Below, piece by piece: positions 14,926 to 27,083 of a DNA stretch of 64,000 nucleotides; position 1 is the first letter of the stretch; the number at the start of each line of letters is the position of its first letter. The position numbers were made by a program, and so were the translations under genes. The notes beneath the pieces were generated by a model. That model was not told the origin of the DNA. It saw only the letters and a program-made list of their open reading frames with translations, and did not search any database. Location: the NCBI GenBank assembly GCA_040357565.1, contig JBDODJ010000005.1, one strand, 5' to 3'. The stretch is from Cercozoa sp. M6MM (Eukaryota > Protista > Endomyxa: Ascetosporea).

Positions 14926-15245
14926 AAAAAAGAGCAGCCGGTCCGAACTGCAGTCCAGAGTCCGTCCCACACGGGCAGGACAAAACCAAAATCCCGGCTG
15001 CGTCAAGTGGGCGTTGTGTTTGGCCCAGGGAGGCGTGCTCAGAGGTGCCGTGAGTCCGCCCTGCGGTCACCAAGCGGTCACACAGACCCCGTCCCGTGTT
15101 GCAGAGGCGTGGCGGCCGCACACAAGGCTAGTTCCTCGGACCCCGGTCTCTTGGCGGGCAAGCTTGAGTCGGTCGCTCGGTGCCCACCGAAACCTCCAAC
15201 CGCCACGATCCAGCACAGGCCGCGTTCTTGGGTAAAGCTTGCTAT
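14926..15245 (-). ncRNA. Candidate structured ncRNA (RNase P-like, telomerase-like or Sm-class; class unresolved)
   Basis: GC-rich intergenic segment with a 10-bp stem (15207-15198/15117-15108) and an 8-bp-closed 3' three-way junction (15001-14994/14941-14934) followed by T6. G-U pairs favour the minus strand. Confidence 0.5.
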
Positions 15246-15716
15246 TAACTCTGTCTCACTTGGTTTCCCAGCTCTTTGCCCTGATCCGCACGGAAGAGAG
15301 TATTTTTTTTGCTGTGGTTGGATTTCTTTGGTTGAAAAATACTAAAAAGAGATCTATCGCTCGCCGAAACTGCGACAAGGCGGCTCAGTCTGCTCTTTAT
15401 TGGCGCATGCGAGTTCTGTTCGATGCTACTAGCGTCGTTGCCGTGTTCTTTGCAGCGCGCAGTGGCTTTGCGAGACCTTTCTTGCCTTGTTTGTGAGTTT
15501 GCTTTTTGAGTGCTTTTTGAAAAATCTCGCGAAATTCCGAGCTCAAGTCTGCTCTGATCATTCTTTTTCCGCGCTTGCTTTGCGCACACGATCCTCTCTG
15601 ACACAGCACGATCGCGTGTGTGTGCTGTTGACGTGCTGCTGGACAGTTGAGTGGGCACGCGTGCAACAAACACGAGGGGCAACAAACAATATATGTGTGC
15701 CTGTGCGTGTGCAGCA

Positions 15717-18694
15717 ATGCCACAACCGGCGTCGCCTTCGCTACAGCGAACGGCGCTGCACTCGCAGCAGAGATCGCCGCCTGCCACGGCTCCCTCTGTA
15801 TGTGCCACTTTGTGCATGTGCCGTTTGCTTGCCTGCGAGTGCTGTGCTGAGTGCTTTCGGTACTCTGATGTCGGCTGCTTAGCAGAATGCAAGGTCCCGC
15901 TCGCGCGGACGTGTGCTGAGTGCTCCTCTCTCGCCTGACGGGTACCTCGCGCCTCATCTGTTGTTTTGTGGTGTGTCCGTTTGTCTCATACACGGCTTGG
16001 TTCTGTAGCAGTGGCACACTGCTGACGAGCGAATCGATCTATGCACCGCTTGAAGCGCCAGAGCCGGATGCAGTTTCGTTCGCTCCCACAGACCTCGCTG
16101 ACTACGGACCTTCTCGGAGTACTTTGTCTTCCTTACACCACTAGTCTGTGCATACCCCAACCACACCAATATATCTTTACGCTCAGGGACAAGCGAGTCG
16201 CACGCGGTGAGCGCGCCGTCGACGAATGTGCACGCGCACGCGCGAAGTGCGTCCGATCAACAGACAGTACCATGCCTTGTTCGCACTATGCCTAACAGCG
16301 GTGGCTGTATTGTGTATGTGTGTGTGGTGTTTGCGTAGGCCTCTTGCAGGAGAGGACTCACGCTTGGCGAGCGCATGAACCTGGTGAGGTGTATGGAGGA
16401 GAAGAGCAACGCTTTATCGATGCAGGGCGGCGGCCTCAGCAGCGGCACGAACAGCACCAACCACACGCTGGACAGCTCGTCGTCCCCGTCGTCGTTCGCG
16501 TCCTCGCGGCGACCGCGACCGTTGGTACTTCCGCCTTGATGCCGAGTCGCTTGCATGTTATTTTACCTGCGTGTTGCGTCCTGTAGCAGGGCCTCCGGTC
16601 GCCGGGCCTGGAGCGTGCGACATCGGACCCGCACCGGTGTCCCAACGACCTCGTGTTGTCTCCCATCACGTCGCCCAGGTCGCTGCGCAAGCACTCGCCG
16701 CACACGCACCCGCCGAACGGCAGCGCAATCGACAACGGCGGCAGCACGCACGTGCACTACCAAAACCGCACGGGCTTGCACACGAGGAAACACAGTCTGG
16801 ACGGCATGTCGCCCGACCTGGGCGGCGGAGGCTTCTCGCTCCCGCAGGTGCGTGTGCTGTTTTTGTCTTTGCTCAGTGTGTTCGGAAGGAGACAAAGCAC
16901 ACTTGTTGTGCAGGGCGCCAATCGCGACGCGAGCGGCACCTCACGACCCGTGGGTCATCGCATTGCGGTACCTTTGCTTGCCGAAACGGGGCATGTACAG
17001 GTGAGTATAAATAAGTGCTACTCGCGCAGAGGATAAGTCAGCACCCGCTGCACGCCTCGGTTTCGATCACGCGCTCGTCCGATGGGCACACTCGTTCGCG
17101 CTCACGCTCACGCGGCTACGCCAACCCTCCGGTACCGTTGATGCCTTGTTCTTGTGATACTCTCTGGTGTCGGTACCTGATGCTGGGAGTGCATGCAGCC
17201 GCAACGGTTACGTGGCCACGCGCGTGGTGTCTCGCCGTCGTCGACCTCGTCGTCGTCGTCGTCGCCACGTGGCCAGGGTACACTGTCATGCCAGTCTGTG
17301 CTTAATCGGGATGCCGTGTGTATGTGTGTATTTGCGGCTATAGCGAGGGCCAGGCGCGGTCGTTTCTCCAACCTGTCGGTGGTTCTCTCGTTTCTGTCGC
17401 TCCGTGACATCCTGTCCGTGTGCCAGGTCAACAAGAACTGGTGCGTTTGTGCTTTGTTTGAGTTACTTGTTGCTGCAGTGCACATGCATAAGCACATGTA
17501 ACTATAGGTGCCGACAAACACGGCAGTATTTGGCGAAACTGCGCGTGTTGGATCTCAGGGAATGTTGGCATGTGCTGGTACCCTTCCACTCACCCACTTT
17601 GTTTGTTTGGCCCGTGTACATGAACGATTTTCCAGGGCCGCATGGAGCACGGCAAGCAGGCGTTTCTCGAGAAATTTATTGGCGCCATGTCGCAGATTCA
17701 GGTACCAGGCATACGCACTTGCTTTCTTGCTGGTGCGCTGACCTCTGGCTCTCCGAGTAGGTGCTGCGACTAAGCTACTGCCACCATTTGACTGACTCTC
17801 TGCTGGCGCGCATGCTCAAAGTGCTGGCACAGTGTGGCTGTCCTCTGCGCGAGGTGCACTTGTTTTACTGCGGAAGTCTCACGGACCGTGCACTGACGCA
17901 GATCGTTTTGCGGGCACCAAAACTTCAGGTACGCTTCGCCAACCGTTCCTCCTTTGATTTCGTTATGTCCCTGTGCCTGCAGGTTCTCGATCTGTCGCGC
18001 TGTCGTGGCCTCACGTCGCGTGGACTGGTACCGCGCATGTGCATGTGTACCTGTGTGCCTTGTATGTGTATGATGTTGTGTGTGTTCAGTACTCGCTGAC
18101 GCAGCTGCGTGAGCTGAAGTGGCTATCGTTAAGGGGGCTTGCCCCTGAGGTAGTCAATGACGAAGTACTCATGAATCTCGAAGATCTCGCTGAGGTGCCT
18201 TCATTTCCTCTCTTGTGTGCCTGTGTATGTACGTCTGCACCTGCACCTGTCTCCTCGTGCAGACACTGCGGTACCTGGATGTGCGTGACTGCGATGTGGA
18301 CGCCGACCTGCTGGACGAGATGCGCGACAACCTGGACCCAAGTTGCCTTGTGCTGGGCCCGAGCAATAAGCGTCGATCGGCCAATTCGTCCACTTCCGCC
18401 TCTCGTGGTTCGCTTGTCTCTTATAGTCTCTGCTGTGTATGGTATGCTGTGTATGGTATGATTTGCGATGTGCAGGAGGCAGGCGGCACAGGGATGAACA
18501 GCAACAGCATCCACAACAGCTGCACACCGCTGCCATGGTACGGCTGACTCTCTTTGCCTGACTGTCTAATTGCCCTGTATATGCAATCGCGCATCTCTCC
18601 GCAGGCGCTGCACGACGACTGGAATGACGACGATCATCTTAGCGGCTCGCTTTCCCACTCGATGAGTCACCCCGACTTCCGCCGTCCCAGGTAG
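15717..18694 (+). CDS. F-box/leucine-rich repeat protein (FBXL-like) with long disordered N-terminus
   Basis: F-box-like LSVVLSFLSLRDILSVCQVNKNW, followed by cysteine-containing LRRs (LRLSYCHHLTD, VHLFYCGSLTD, LDLSRCRGLT, LDVRDCDVD). Ends are approximate. Confidence 0.82.
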
Positions 18695-18873
18695 CACGCG
18701 GACGGCTCGCTTCGCGGCCTCGCTCCGGGTCCCACTGTGCCTAAAATTGCAAAACAAACCAAATGACGTAAATTACCATACATACACAAAATTGATATCC
18801 GTCGTAATAGCGTAGTAACGGTTATACGTAACTCTCAGCTCGCTTGACTCAATCTAACCCGTCAGATCAGTCA

Positions 18874-20505
18874 TCAACAGTTGTCAGGCCTCGCAACGAG
18901 CAGCTCGGCTTCTGCGAGGAAGCGCGCGCGAGTGCTGTCGGTGAGTGTCTCTACACCAGGTAGCAGCGAGGCAGCGTCGACATCGGTGCACTGCGGAAAG
19001 GCTCGCTGCCACGCGCACCTGTCGAAACAGGCAGTAGTGCTTTTCGGTGTTCTGTATGCATGCCAAATAGGCAGAGTGTGTTTTACTTGAGATGATGCCG
19101 CTTTTTTGTTTCTCCGCACACACAGCAGCTGTTTTAAACAGCAAGTTCACGGAGAGTTTGGCAGAGAACCAATGGCGCGCAGACATAAAGTACATGTGAA
19201 CAGCGAAGAGGGGCACGGGTTCGTTGCATGATGAGCATGAAGTGCGATTCATGCAGACCTGTGGCATACACACCAACACACCTGATAGTCAAAATCAAGT
19301 TGTGCTCAGTTGTGCTCACCTCGATTTTGTACACTGGGAGGGGCCGTTTTTGCGCTGTTTTTGGCCGCTTTCGGCTTGGTTCGTCTTGCTCGCTAATGTC
19401 ATAGTCGATAATATGCATCCAGGCAGACGTACACTGTTCCCACAAAGCAGGCAAAGCAAAAGTACCTATGATCTTTGTTGTCATTTTTACTGTTCACTGC
19501 GTCTCTGGCGAGCGAGCTTTCTTCTCTTTTCGCGTCTGATCAGGGCGGGAATCGGAACAAACCAACGTACCAAATACAGCCAAAACCTTCGGAAAAACGC
19601 GGCCGCTTTTTGTTGGATTCGGTAAGTTTCTCGAGTCGCGAGCTTTGTCGGAATGAGCCTCCACTTCCTGTTGATCGAAATAAATCACCAGTTTCAGGCA
19701 CAAGTCGTGAGTACCTAAAGTAAGGTGAGCGTGCATACTGGGAGGCATGGTACTCTCTGCCTCACTGGCAGTACTCTCACCTGGGCGCCCAAACAATGAC
19801 CGATAAATTCAGGCCAACAGTAAACCGAACAGAAGTACTCCGAAGCAGTGAATCAGGTGCAGGCACTGCCGCAGTCGTCGAAATCGAGGCTCGGCGAAAT
19901 TGCGAAGAAGCTCGGTCCCAGCACACACGATACACCAACTCGTTCGCTGTTTTGACACGTGTGATGCTCCAGCTTCCAAAATGACACCAACACAAAGATC
20001 TCTCATACCTCGTTTCAGCACGCCAAACACGATGCGATCACCATCAAAAATACGCCGCGTGCCTTGTTTTGTCAGTTTTGTGTTATTCACGTAGACCCCA
20101 TTGACTGATCCGAGGTCCTCCAGCTGCAATACAATGCCAAGCAAAACTGAAACTTCAATTGCGAGCAAGCAGTCCACCGTCAAAATCACCTCGAGAAAAT
20201 CGCGCTCCACCAGGCGAAAGCGCACATGACGACGCGAAATCATGCCAGGGAGGTTTTCGCTGTCCAATCTTTGTCCTACCTGGTCGAGCTGCCTTCCAAG
20301 CACGATTTCATCTCCTAAAAACAAAGCACATGGGACCCTCCAGGCAGCTGCCGGAAGGTTGTGAAGTAACTGTACCCGGGAGACGCAAAGGAAGCGTGAT
20401 CTCATCCATATCCGTCCCATCAGGCAGCGGAATCTGTGAGATACGCCGCAGCACAGGCGACGACTGACTGATGTCCACATCCGCTGACACTGCATTGCCT
20501 TCCAT
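18874..20505 (-). CDS. FHA-domain protein, multi-exon
   Basis: IVLGR...ISRRH...LEDLGSVNGVYVNN..L..GDRIVFG is a canonical FHA domain. An NLS-like PSRKRPK lies downstream. Confidence 0.85.
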
Positions 20506-21147
20506 TCTGATCGATGCAGTTCGACACTAGCGCATTAACCAAGCTAAACTGGCCTAAATTGATATGCACACACCGGTGCGCACACTGGAATACCGAGCAG
20601 CTGGACAGAAAGCTGCAGCTGTACTACAAAATTGCTAAAACTAGATAAATTCTCACTCCACAGGGCGTTATACAGTTTTTAGGTATAATAAAACTTTTAC
20701 AGTGTGTGTTAAACCAGTATTGCATTCTGTTATTTTAGCGGAACACCACGGAATTGGAAAAGATGGGTTCGCGTGGCCGTCTGAACAGAAAACGCGTGCC
20801 CACGTGAAAACACCGCTCGCGCAACCAATTGTTTTCATCCGGCGTCTCTTGCCTTGTACTCTACACTATCAGCACAAGATTCATAGCAAGGCTCAGGCCT
20901 CGCTGTGCCAGTTTGCACGGGTCGCTATTTTGTGTTTGTGCTTGGTTATTTCAAGCTGCTACGGCAGCCCAGGAGCCATGACTATCTTGTGAGAGCGCTA
21001 TCTTGTGAGAGAGCTGTAGAGAGGTTTTGAGTTGTGTGAATGAAAGGTTTTTCTGATTGGTCGTTTTGTTTTCGTGTGTGTGTGATCCTGGTTGTATTTG
21101 TATTTTTGTGCACAGCGTTGAATAGCGTACCCCGACTCGACAGCAAC

Positions 21148-21635
21148 ATGGATATTGGCATCACGGTTCCGGATGAGGTCCTGACGACGTTCCGCGACCT
21201 GCAGCTCTCGAAGAAGTACCACTTCATGGTGCTCAAGATCGCCAACAAGACGGCCATCGAGGTCGAGGCCACGCAGGCCGGCACGGAGGAGTACGACTAC
21301 GAGGCCTTCTGCGAGGCTCTGATGGCGTCGGGCGCCCCGCGTTACGCCGTGGCCGACTTCCACTACGAGAACGAGGAGGGCCACAAGCAGACCAAGCTCG
21401 TCTTCTTCTTCTACTGCCCGGACACGGCCCGCGCCATGGACAAGATGATCTACGCCTCGACGATGGAGAACCTCAAGGGCAAGCTCGAGGGCATCCAGCG
21501 TGTCGTGCAGGCCACGGACGAGAGCGAGCTCGACTACGAGGTCGCCAAGACCGTCGTACCTTTCCTCTTCTTGTCTGCTTGTCTCGACCTGAGTCTATGT
21601 GCTTGTGTCTGTGCGTGCAGATGATGCGCAAGTAA
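21148..21635 (+). CDS. Cofilin/actin-depolymerizing factor; one intron at 21556-21620
   Basis: GITVPDE, PRYAVADF, KLVFFFYCPDTA..KMIYAS and VQATDESEL motifs, with strong codon bias. Confidence 0.96.
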
Positions 21636-22147
21636 GCACGCGTCTCGCCTTCCCCTCTTTGGACGCACACGCGCCACGTGAGAAGGCAGCATTTCGCACG
21701 TGACTCTTCTTGACGTTTGACGGATAGTAGCTTGCATGCCCCCAAAAAATTGAAGAAATGTTCTGCCGTCGCTTCCACTTGTGTCTCCCGTGTGTCGTCA
21801 CGATATGTTATTATTAGCTACATGCACTGCTACTCCCTAGATCAAGCGGAACTCGTTGTTTCGTTATTCGTCAGGCCAATCTGTAGTGACTCTTCATAAT
21901 AACCATGCACCTCAGGCATAGTTTCACGAGGCCTGGCATGCACTGCCCTGCGAGGAAAAATCAACTCAGAACTGGTACGGACAAGGGGGGAACCCAACTA
22001 AGTAGTTCCCCTGCACCAGTCCGGGGTCTGCGAGGACGCGCTTTGTGTCGCCAAGCTTTAACGTTCTTAGAAGACTGAACGAACTGACGATATCAATGAA
22101 TGGTAAAATTACAGTAGTCAGCAGCTTTGCATCGTCAACCGTGCGCT

Positions 22148-25100
22148 TAGGTCATGAAGGACAGCAGCAGCGCAAAGTCGTTGTCGGCCACAAGGGTTAG
22201 GATGTGCGAGTGCATTAGATGCAGCGACATATGTCGCAACAGCGTGTGCCGCGTCATGGCCAGCCAGCGCTCTCGCTGTGCAGTGCCATCCAGTCACGCT
22301 ACACTGGCAGAAGTGGGATAAAGGGTACGTACCTGCTGATTGTCGCTGATGCGCAGCAGTCCGTGCAGCGAGGTGCCGCTGCGAAGGGAGTGGAACACGT
22401 CGTGTGCCGTCATTCGTCGCACTTGTCCCTTACTACAGTACATGGAGAAGGTGATGATGTATCGAAGAGGATGGAGATATGTACAAGGCAGCCTACTCAG
22501 AGTGGTGCCTCAGCGTGCCAGCCAGCAGTGCCAGGTGCAGCGTCTCGTCCGTGTAGACACTGTTGGTCAGGTCGAGCAAGACATGCTCCTGCGGCATCAC
22601 CGCTTGCACCACGGCCTGCCACACCTCGTCCGATACCTCACTAGTCAGGGATAAGACCCAATGTATACGTATACGGGGGGGGGGGGTAGGACAGTAGTAC
22701 CACATGGAGGATTCCTCGATGACATACTTCTCCAGGAACGACACTAGCAAAGCACGAATCACATGCATCTCTTCTGCCTTGTCGTCGGCCTTGTTGCAGC
22801 AGCCGTTGTTGTTGTTGGTATACTCGAGGTACAGTGGCGACAGAGACTCCACCTACCAAAAGTTAGTTTATGGCATGTCATTTCCTACCGAAAGCAGCAT
22901 ACCACAACATGCAGGGTGTCCAAGGAAATCGCAAAGGCACGTCGACCGGCCACGCTGTCGTTGCATCGTGACATGCACTTCTGCAACACCAGAATATATC
23001 TTATTGGTAACTTGACTCCAGTCCAATACCAAAATAGGTCGCAGCAGACACTGTCGCAGCACGACCGAGAGCAATCCGTCCAGCGACTGCTCCTGCAGCA
23101 CCGGACTGCTGCCGGCCCGACCGCTGTACTGTTGCTGCGTCTGCTGCCATCCACTCAACTCCTTGTGCTCGTGGCAGAATCGCTGTGCACACACAGTGAG
23201 GTACAGTTGTACAGTGGTACAAATCGATAACATCACGTACCGCTAGTGTAGCCAACTCTTCAATCGTCAGCAGCGACGGACGTATCTATCACAGGGGGGG
23301 GGCCGGGTAAAAAGACAAGGAGACTGCTATGTGCGCATGTGTGTGCACGCATGTGTGCGTATGTGTACGTTGTTGGACAGCAGGGCTCGGTAGGCGTAGA
23401 AGGCGGCGTACAGTGTCCTGTCTGTGCGCTTGTTGCTGCCGTAGTTGGGCGCGTCGCCTGGCAGTCCAAACGTCTTAGTTCGTCCGTCCTTCTTACTGCA
23501 CACAAGTATCACAGTCAATTGAAGGCGGAACATGACAGACAGTAGGTGTACCTAATGGCAGTGATCTGAATGGGACCCTTTACGTCCGCCCACGACACTT
23601 CGTACATCGGCAAGAAGGATGCCTGTGGTCACAGAGGAGACTATCTGGGATATAAGGAGAGAAGAGGGGAGGTGCAGAAACTACACTGCGCGCCTCTGGG
23701 TCGAGTTTGACGCCGCGTGCGTAGTCCGACCGACCGAGCAGTTTGTTGCTCTCTGCGGGAGAAGAGGGTAAAGGAGTTAAAGGAGAGTGACTGAGGTTAA
23801 AGCTGGAGGGTACCATGTGCCTCCTTTCGCACGAAAGCATTGCGCCACCGTGGCGACGACGTCACCAGGAGAAACGTCGGTTCTACCGAACGTTCCTGCT
23901 GTTGCAGCAGCTGCTGTCGCTCCTGTTGTCGACGCGTCACCACGTCGGCGCACGGCGACTGAACGAATTGGAGCGACTTTTTCGACAATTGGCACGCGCG
24001 AGCACTGCCAGAAATGACAGTCATTCTGCACACTAGTGTCACAAGCGTTGACAAGTAAAATATACAGGTCAGTCAGACGCGCATCGCGTGACATGGCACG
24101 CTGCAGCTCAAACGACGGGAAGGACACCTCACTCGCCCAGTGGTACACCCTAAGGCACACGCACGACACTAAAGACAAACGCAGACAGAGTTCTGAAGGA
24201 TACCGACGGCCGCCGAAAGCACCAACGAATCGAACGATGCGACGGCACAAAAGAGAGCGCAAAAGCTTTTGCACATCCTGGAAAACAATACGGAATTGCA
24301 TCCCAAACTGTTCAGCACAAGACAAGCAAGAGATCGAGGGGGTGGGACCTTGGGACACCACTGCATTGCGAGATTGTTGACCAAGAGTGGATCGTCGTTA
24401 TTGGCCGCTGACCACTATTGCAGTAAAATGTGAGATGCGAAATTGACAACACTCGGAAAGGACAGGTGAGAGCAACGCACAGCGTTATTTCCCGGACAAC
24501 GCGAGAAATCATTGTCGAAAATCGCGTTCAGTTCGCTCTCGTAAAACGCACCTGATGTACAAACATTGTCGACACAAACAAGCATGTTTCACAAAACAAA
24601 GTGATACAGTGGTGCACTTGATATCCCGATTCTTCCTCCGGGCAAGGCAGTCGAAGCTGTCGGTGCTGGAAAAACGGCGAGAACTCCCGCAGCTTTCGGT
24701 CTGTGCGTGTGCGTGTGCGCGTGTGTGTGTGTGTGGTGTGGTGTGTGTGTGTGTGGTGTGTGGTGTGTGTGTGTGTGTTTTTACAGAAAAGCAGCTGCTC
24801 TCGTGCGTCCACCTGATCAGAGAATGGATAATAAGCACTGAATGAAGAGCCCAGAGCAGACAGAGAAAGGTACTGCATAATCGGCGCTGACCCAATCAGC
24901 CGGCATGTTGTGGCGTCTCATCACCTAAAGTAAATGATAACAAAAATAGAGAACAATAAAGAAGGGAAACAGAGAAAAGGCACCAACAGCAGATCGGGCA
25001 GCCCTTCATTGCGCTGCCGGTCGTGTTGTCTCATGCAACGATCAAAAACCTTCAATCTCGGGTCGGTCAAATTGTTCTTCGCGTCTGTGCATTCGCCGGG

Positions 25101-27033
25101 ACAGACATCAAACCAAAAAAGAACAAGAAGTAAACTAACATACACAGAGTGCAGTCATGCTCCTGGAACACAGCTTCGTCCAAGAGCATCGGCGACACGA
25201 TTTCCTACGAACCCAGCAGTGGTCCAAACAAGCATGTTCGACTGGTCTGCGTAATCGGAAGTTTACCGCATTGGAACGTCGCGCAGCGAAACGCGAGAAG
25301 AGCTGGTGGCTGCGCAAAGCTGCCGCTGCGGCCAGATCATTTTCCGGACTGTGCATGGAATCGGTCATCATCATTCATCATCAGTTCTGAGAAACTGCTG
25401 TGTTCCCCTTTACCGATCCACGCTCTGAGTAACTTGCATTTCGGTTCTGCAAACACACAAGACAGACTGCATTGCAACTGAAGGCGACAACAGTTTTAAA
25501 AAAACGTTCGGTACAGAACACGTTCGTATCCCGAGAGCCAGGTGGCTAAAGCGTTGGTGTCAGTGTTTTGTCTGTTAGTGGTGCCAGCATTGTCAACAAT
25601 GTCAGTGTCAACAATGTCAGTGATGTCAGTGAGACGCATGACATGTGACACGTTGTTGTCCAGGAAGCTCGCAATAACACCCAGCACATCCAGTGGAATC
25701 TCAGTCAGCAACGAGTCCTGCAGTGAACTCTCGCTAAACAAGCGGCCCTCAGAAAAGGTGGGTGTACCTGATGTCCGAGTGCCCAGAAACGACGAGTGTG
25801 GCGGTCACACATGTGTCGTCCACAGTAGACGTCCTGCACCTCGCCAGTCTGCACAACATAAATAGGTACACGTTTAACGCTGACAGGGTGAGGAAGGAAA
25901 AGTGTATCGTACAACACGAAGCGAGACATTCTGCGTCACGAGACTGCTCGAGTTCATCGGAGCGTTGCAGGTCGCGCACCTGTCAAAAAAAAATATATAT
26001 ATATATATATAGATGTACCGTCTGGTATATGCATAAATTTACATACCTTTGAGCCGCAAGACACACGCCAGCGCACCTTTGTGCTGCGTCGATTGGTCCG
26101 AACACAGGGTCGCCGTAGCTGACCTGTGTAATGGGATGGGATGGGAGTGTAGGATACGAGAATAAAACACTAGTTACACAAAAGACGGAGCTGGCGGCCG
26201 AGTTGCAGCACAACGACACTGGACAGACGTTTTTACTCTCCTTTGCCTGTCTCTGTTGTCATAATTTTAACACATGCATCAGACATACAGATACATACAC
26301 ACAGTACAGTGAGAGGAAGAGACTACGTAGGGGTCCGTGATTAATGTGCCGTCACCAAGGAGCGCAGCATCGTTAGATTCAATGTCAATTTGAGTCTCAG
26401 GTTCGATGTCAGTCTCGGGTTCAGTCAACGGTTCCTCCTCACTCGTCTAAACAAACACAACACGGCTTGGTGCGAATTACAAAACGCACCACTGAAAGAA
26501 ACTCACTTCCTGCGTCGTACTGGTCCACCCATCGTCGTCGTCGTCCTCCTGTTGACATGCCCGCATTGCAACACATCATAGTGACCGAAAGTGAGTACCT
26601 CAACAGCGGGCGCTGTCTGTGCACATCGCAATTCAACCACATAGAAAAAAACATCATCAACTCAACAAAGAGCAGTGAAAGGAGGATGCGAGCATACGGG
26701 AGCTTGCAGGTGACTGAACTGCTCGACACAAAGACATTCAGTAACAGCATGTAGCAGTAGCATATAATTTGTCACAACAGTAGTACTTGTTGGTTGTGCA
26801 TCTCCAGCCGAGTGGGCGGCAACTCTTCCTGCTCAACATCGCTCAGCGGCTCCTCCTCACTTGTCTAAGAAAGCAGCAATGTTTATAAAAAGCAAACTGA
26901 AAGAAAGCCCACAGTGTAAGTCGAGCTGCTCCAATCGTCTTCTTCGTTCTATTTTCACGCAGACTCCGTAAACTCGACGCAACAAAACAGAGAAAATGGC
27001 TGTGGGGGGCGGGGGGGGGGGGACCTTTGACAT
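22148..27033 (-). CDS. Large hypothetical multi-exon protein (possibly more than one gene) with an internal F-box-like motif
   Basis: Chain of minus-strand exons bounded by GT-AG. Contains LLTEIPLDVLGVIASFL near 25660-25710. No family recognised; ends are approximate. Confidence 0.5.
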
Positions 27034-27083
27034 TCTTCGACGGGAAGTTGCTCTATTGAATAAATCTCACAACAAATGTTAAA

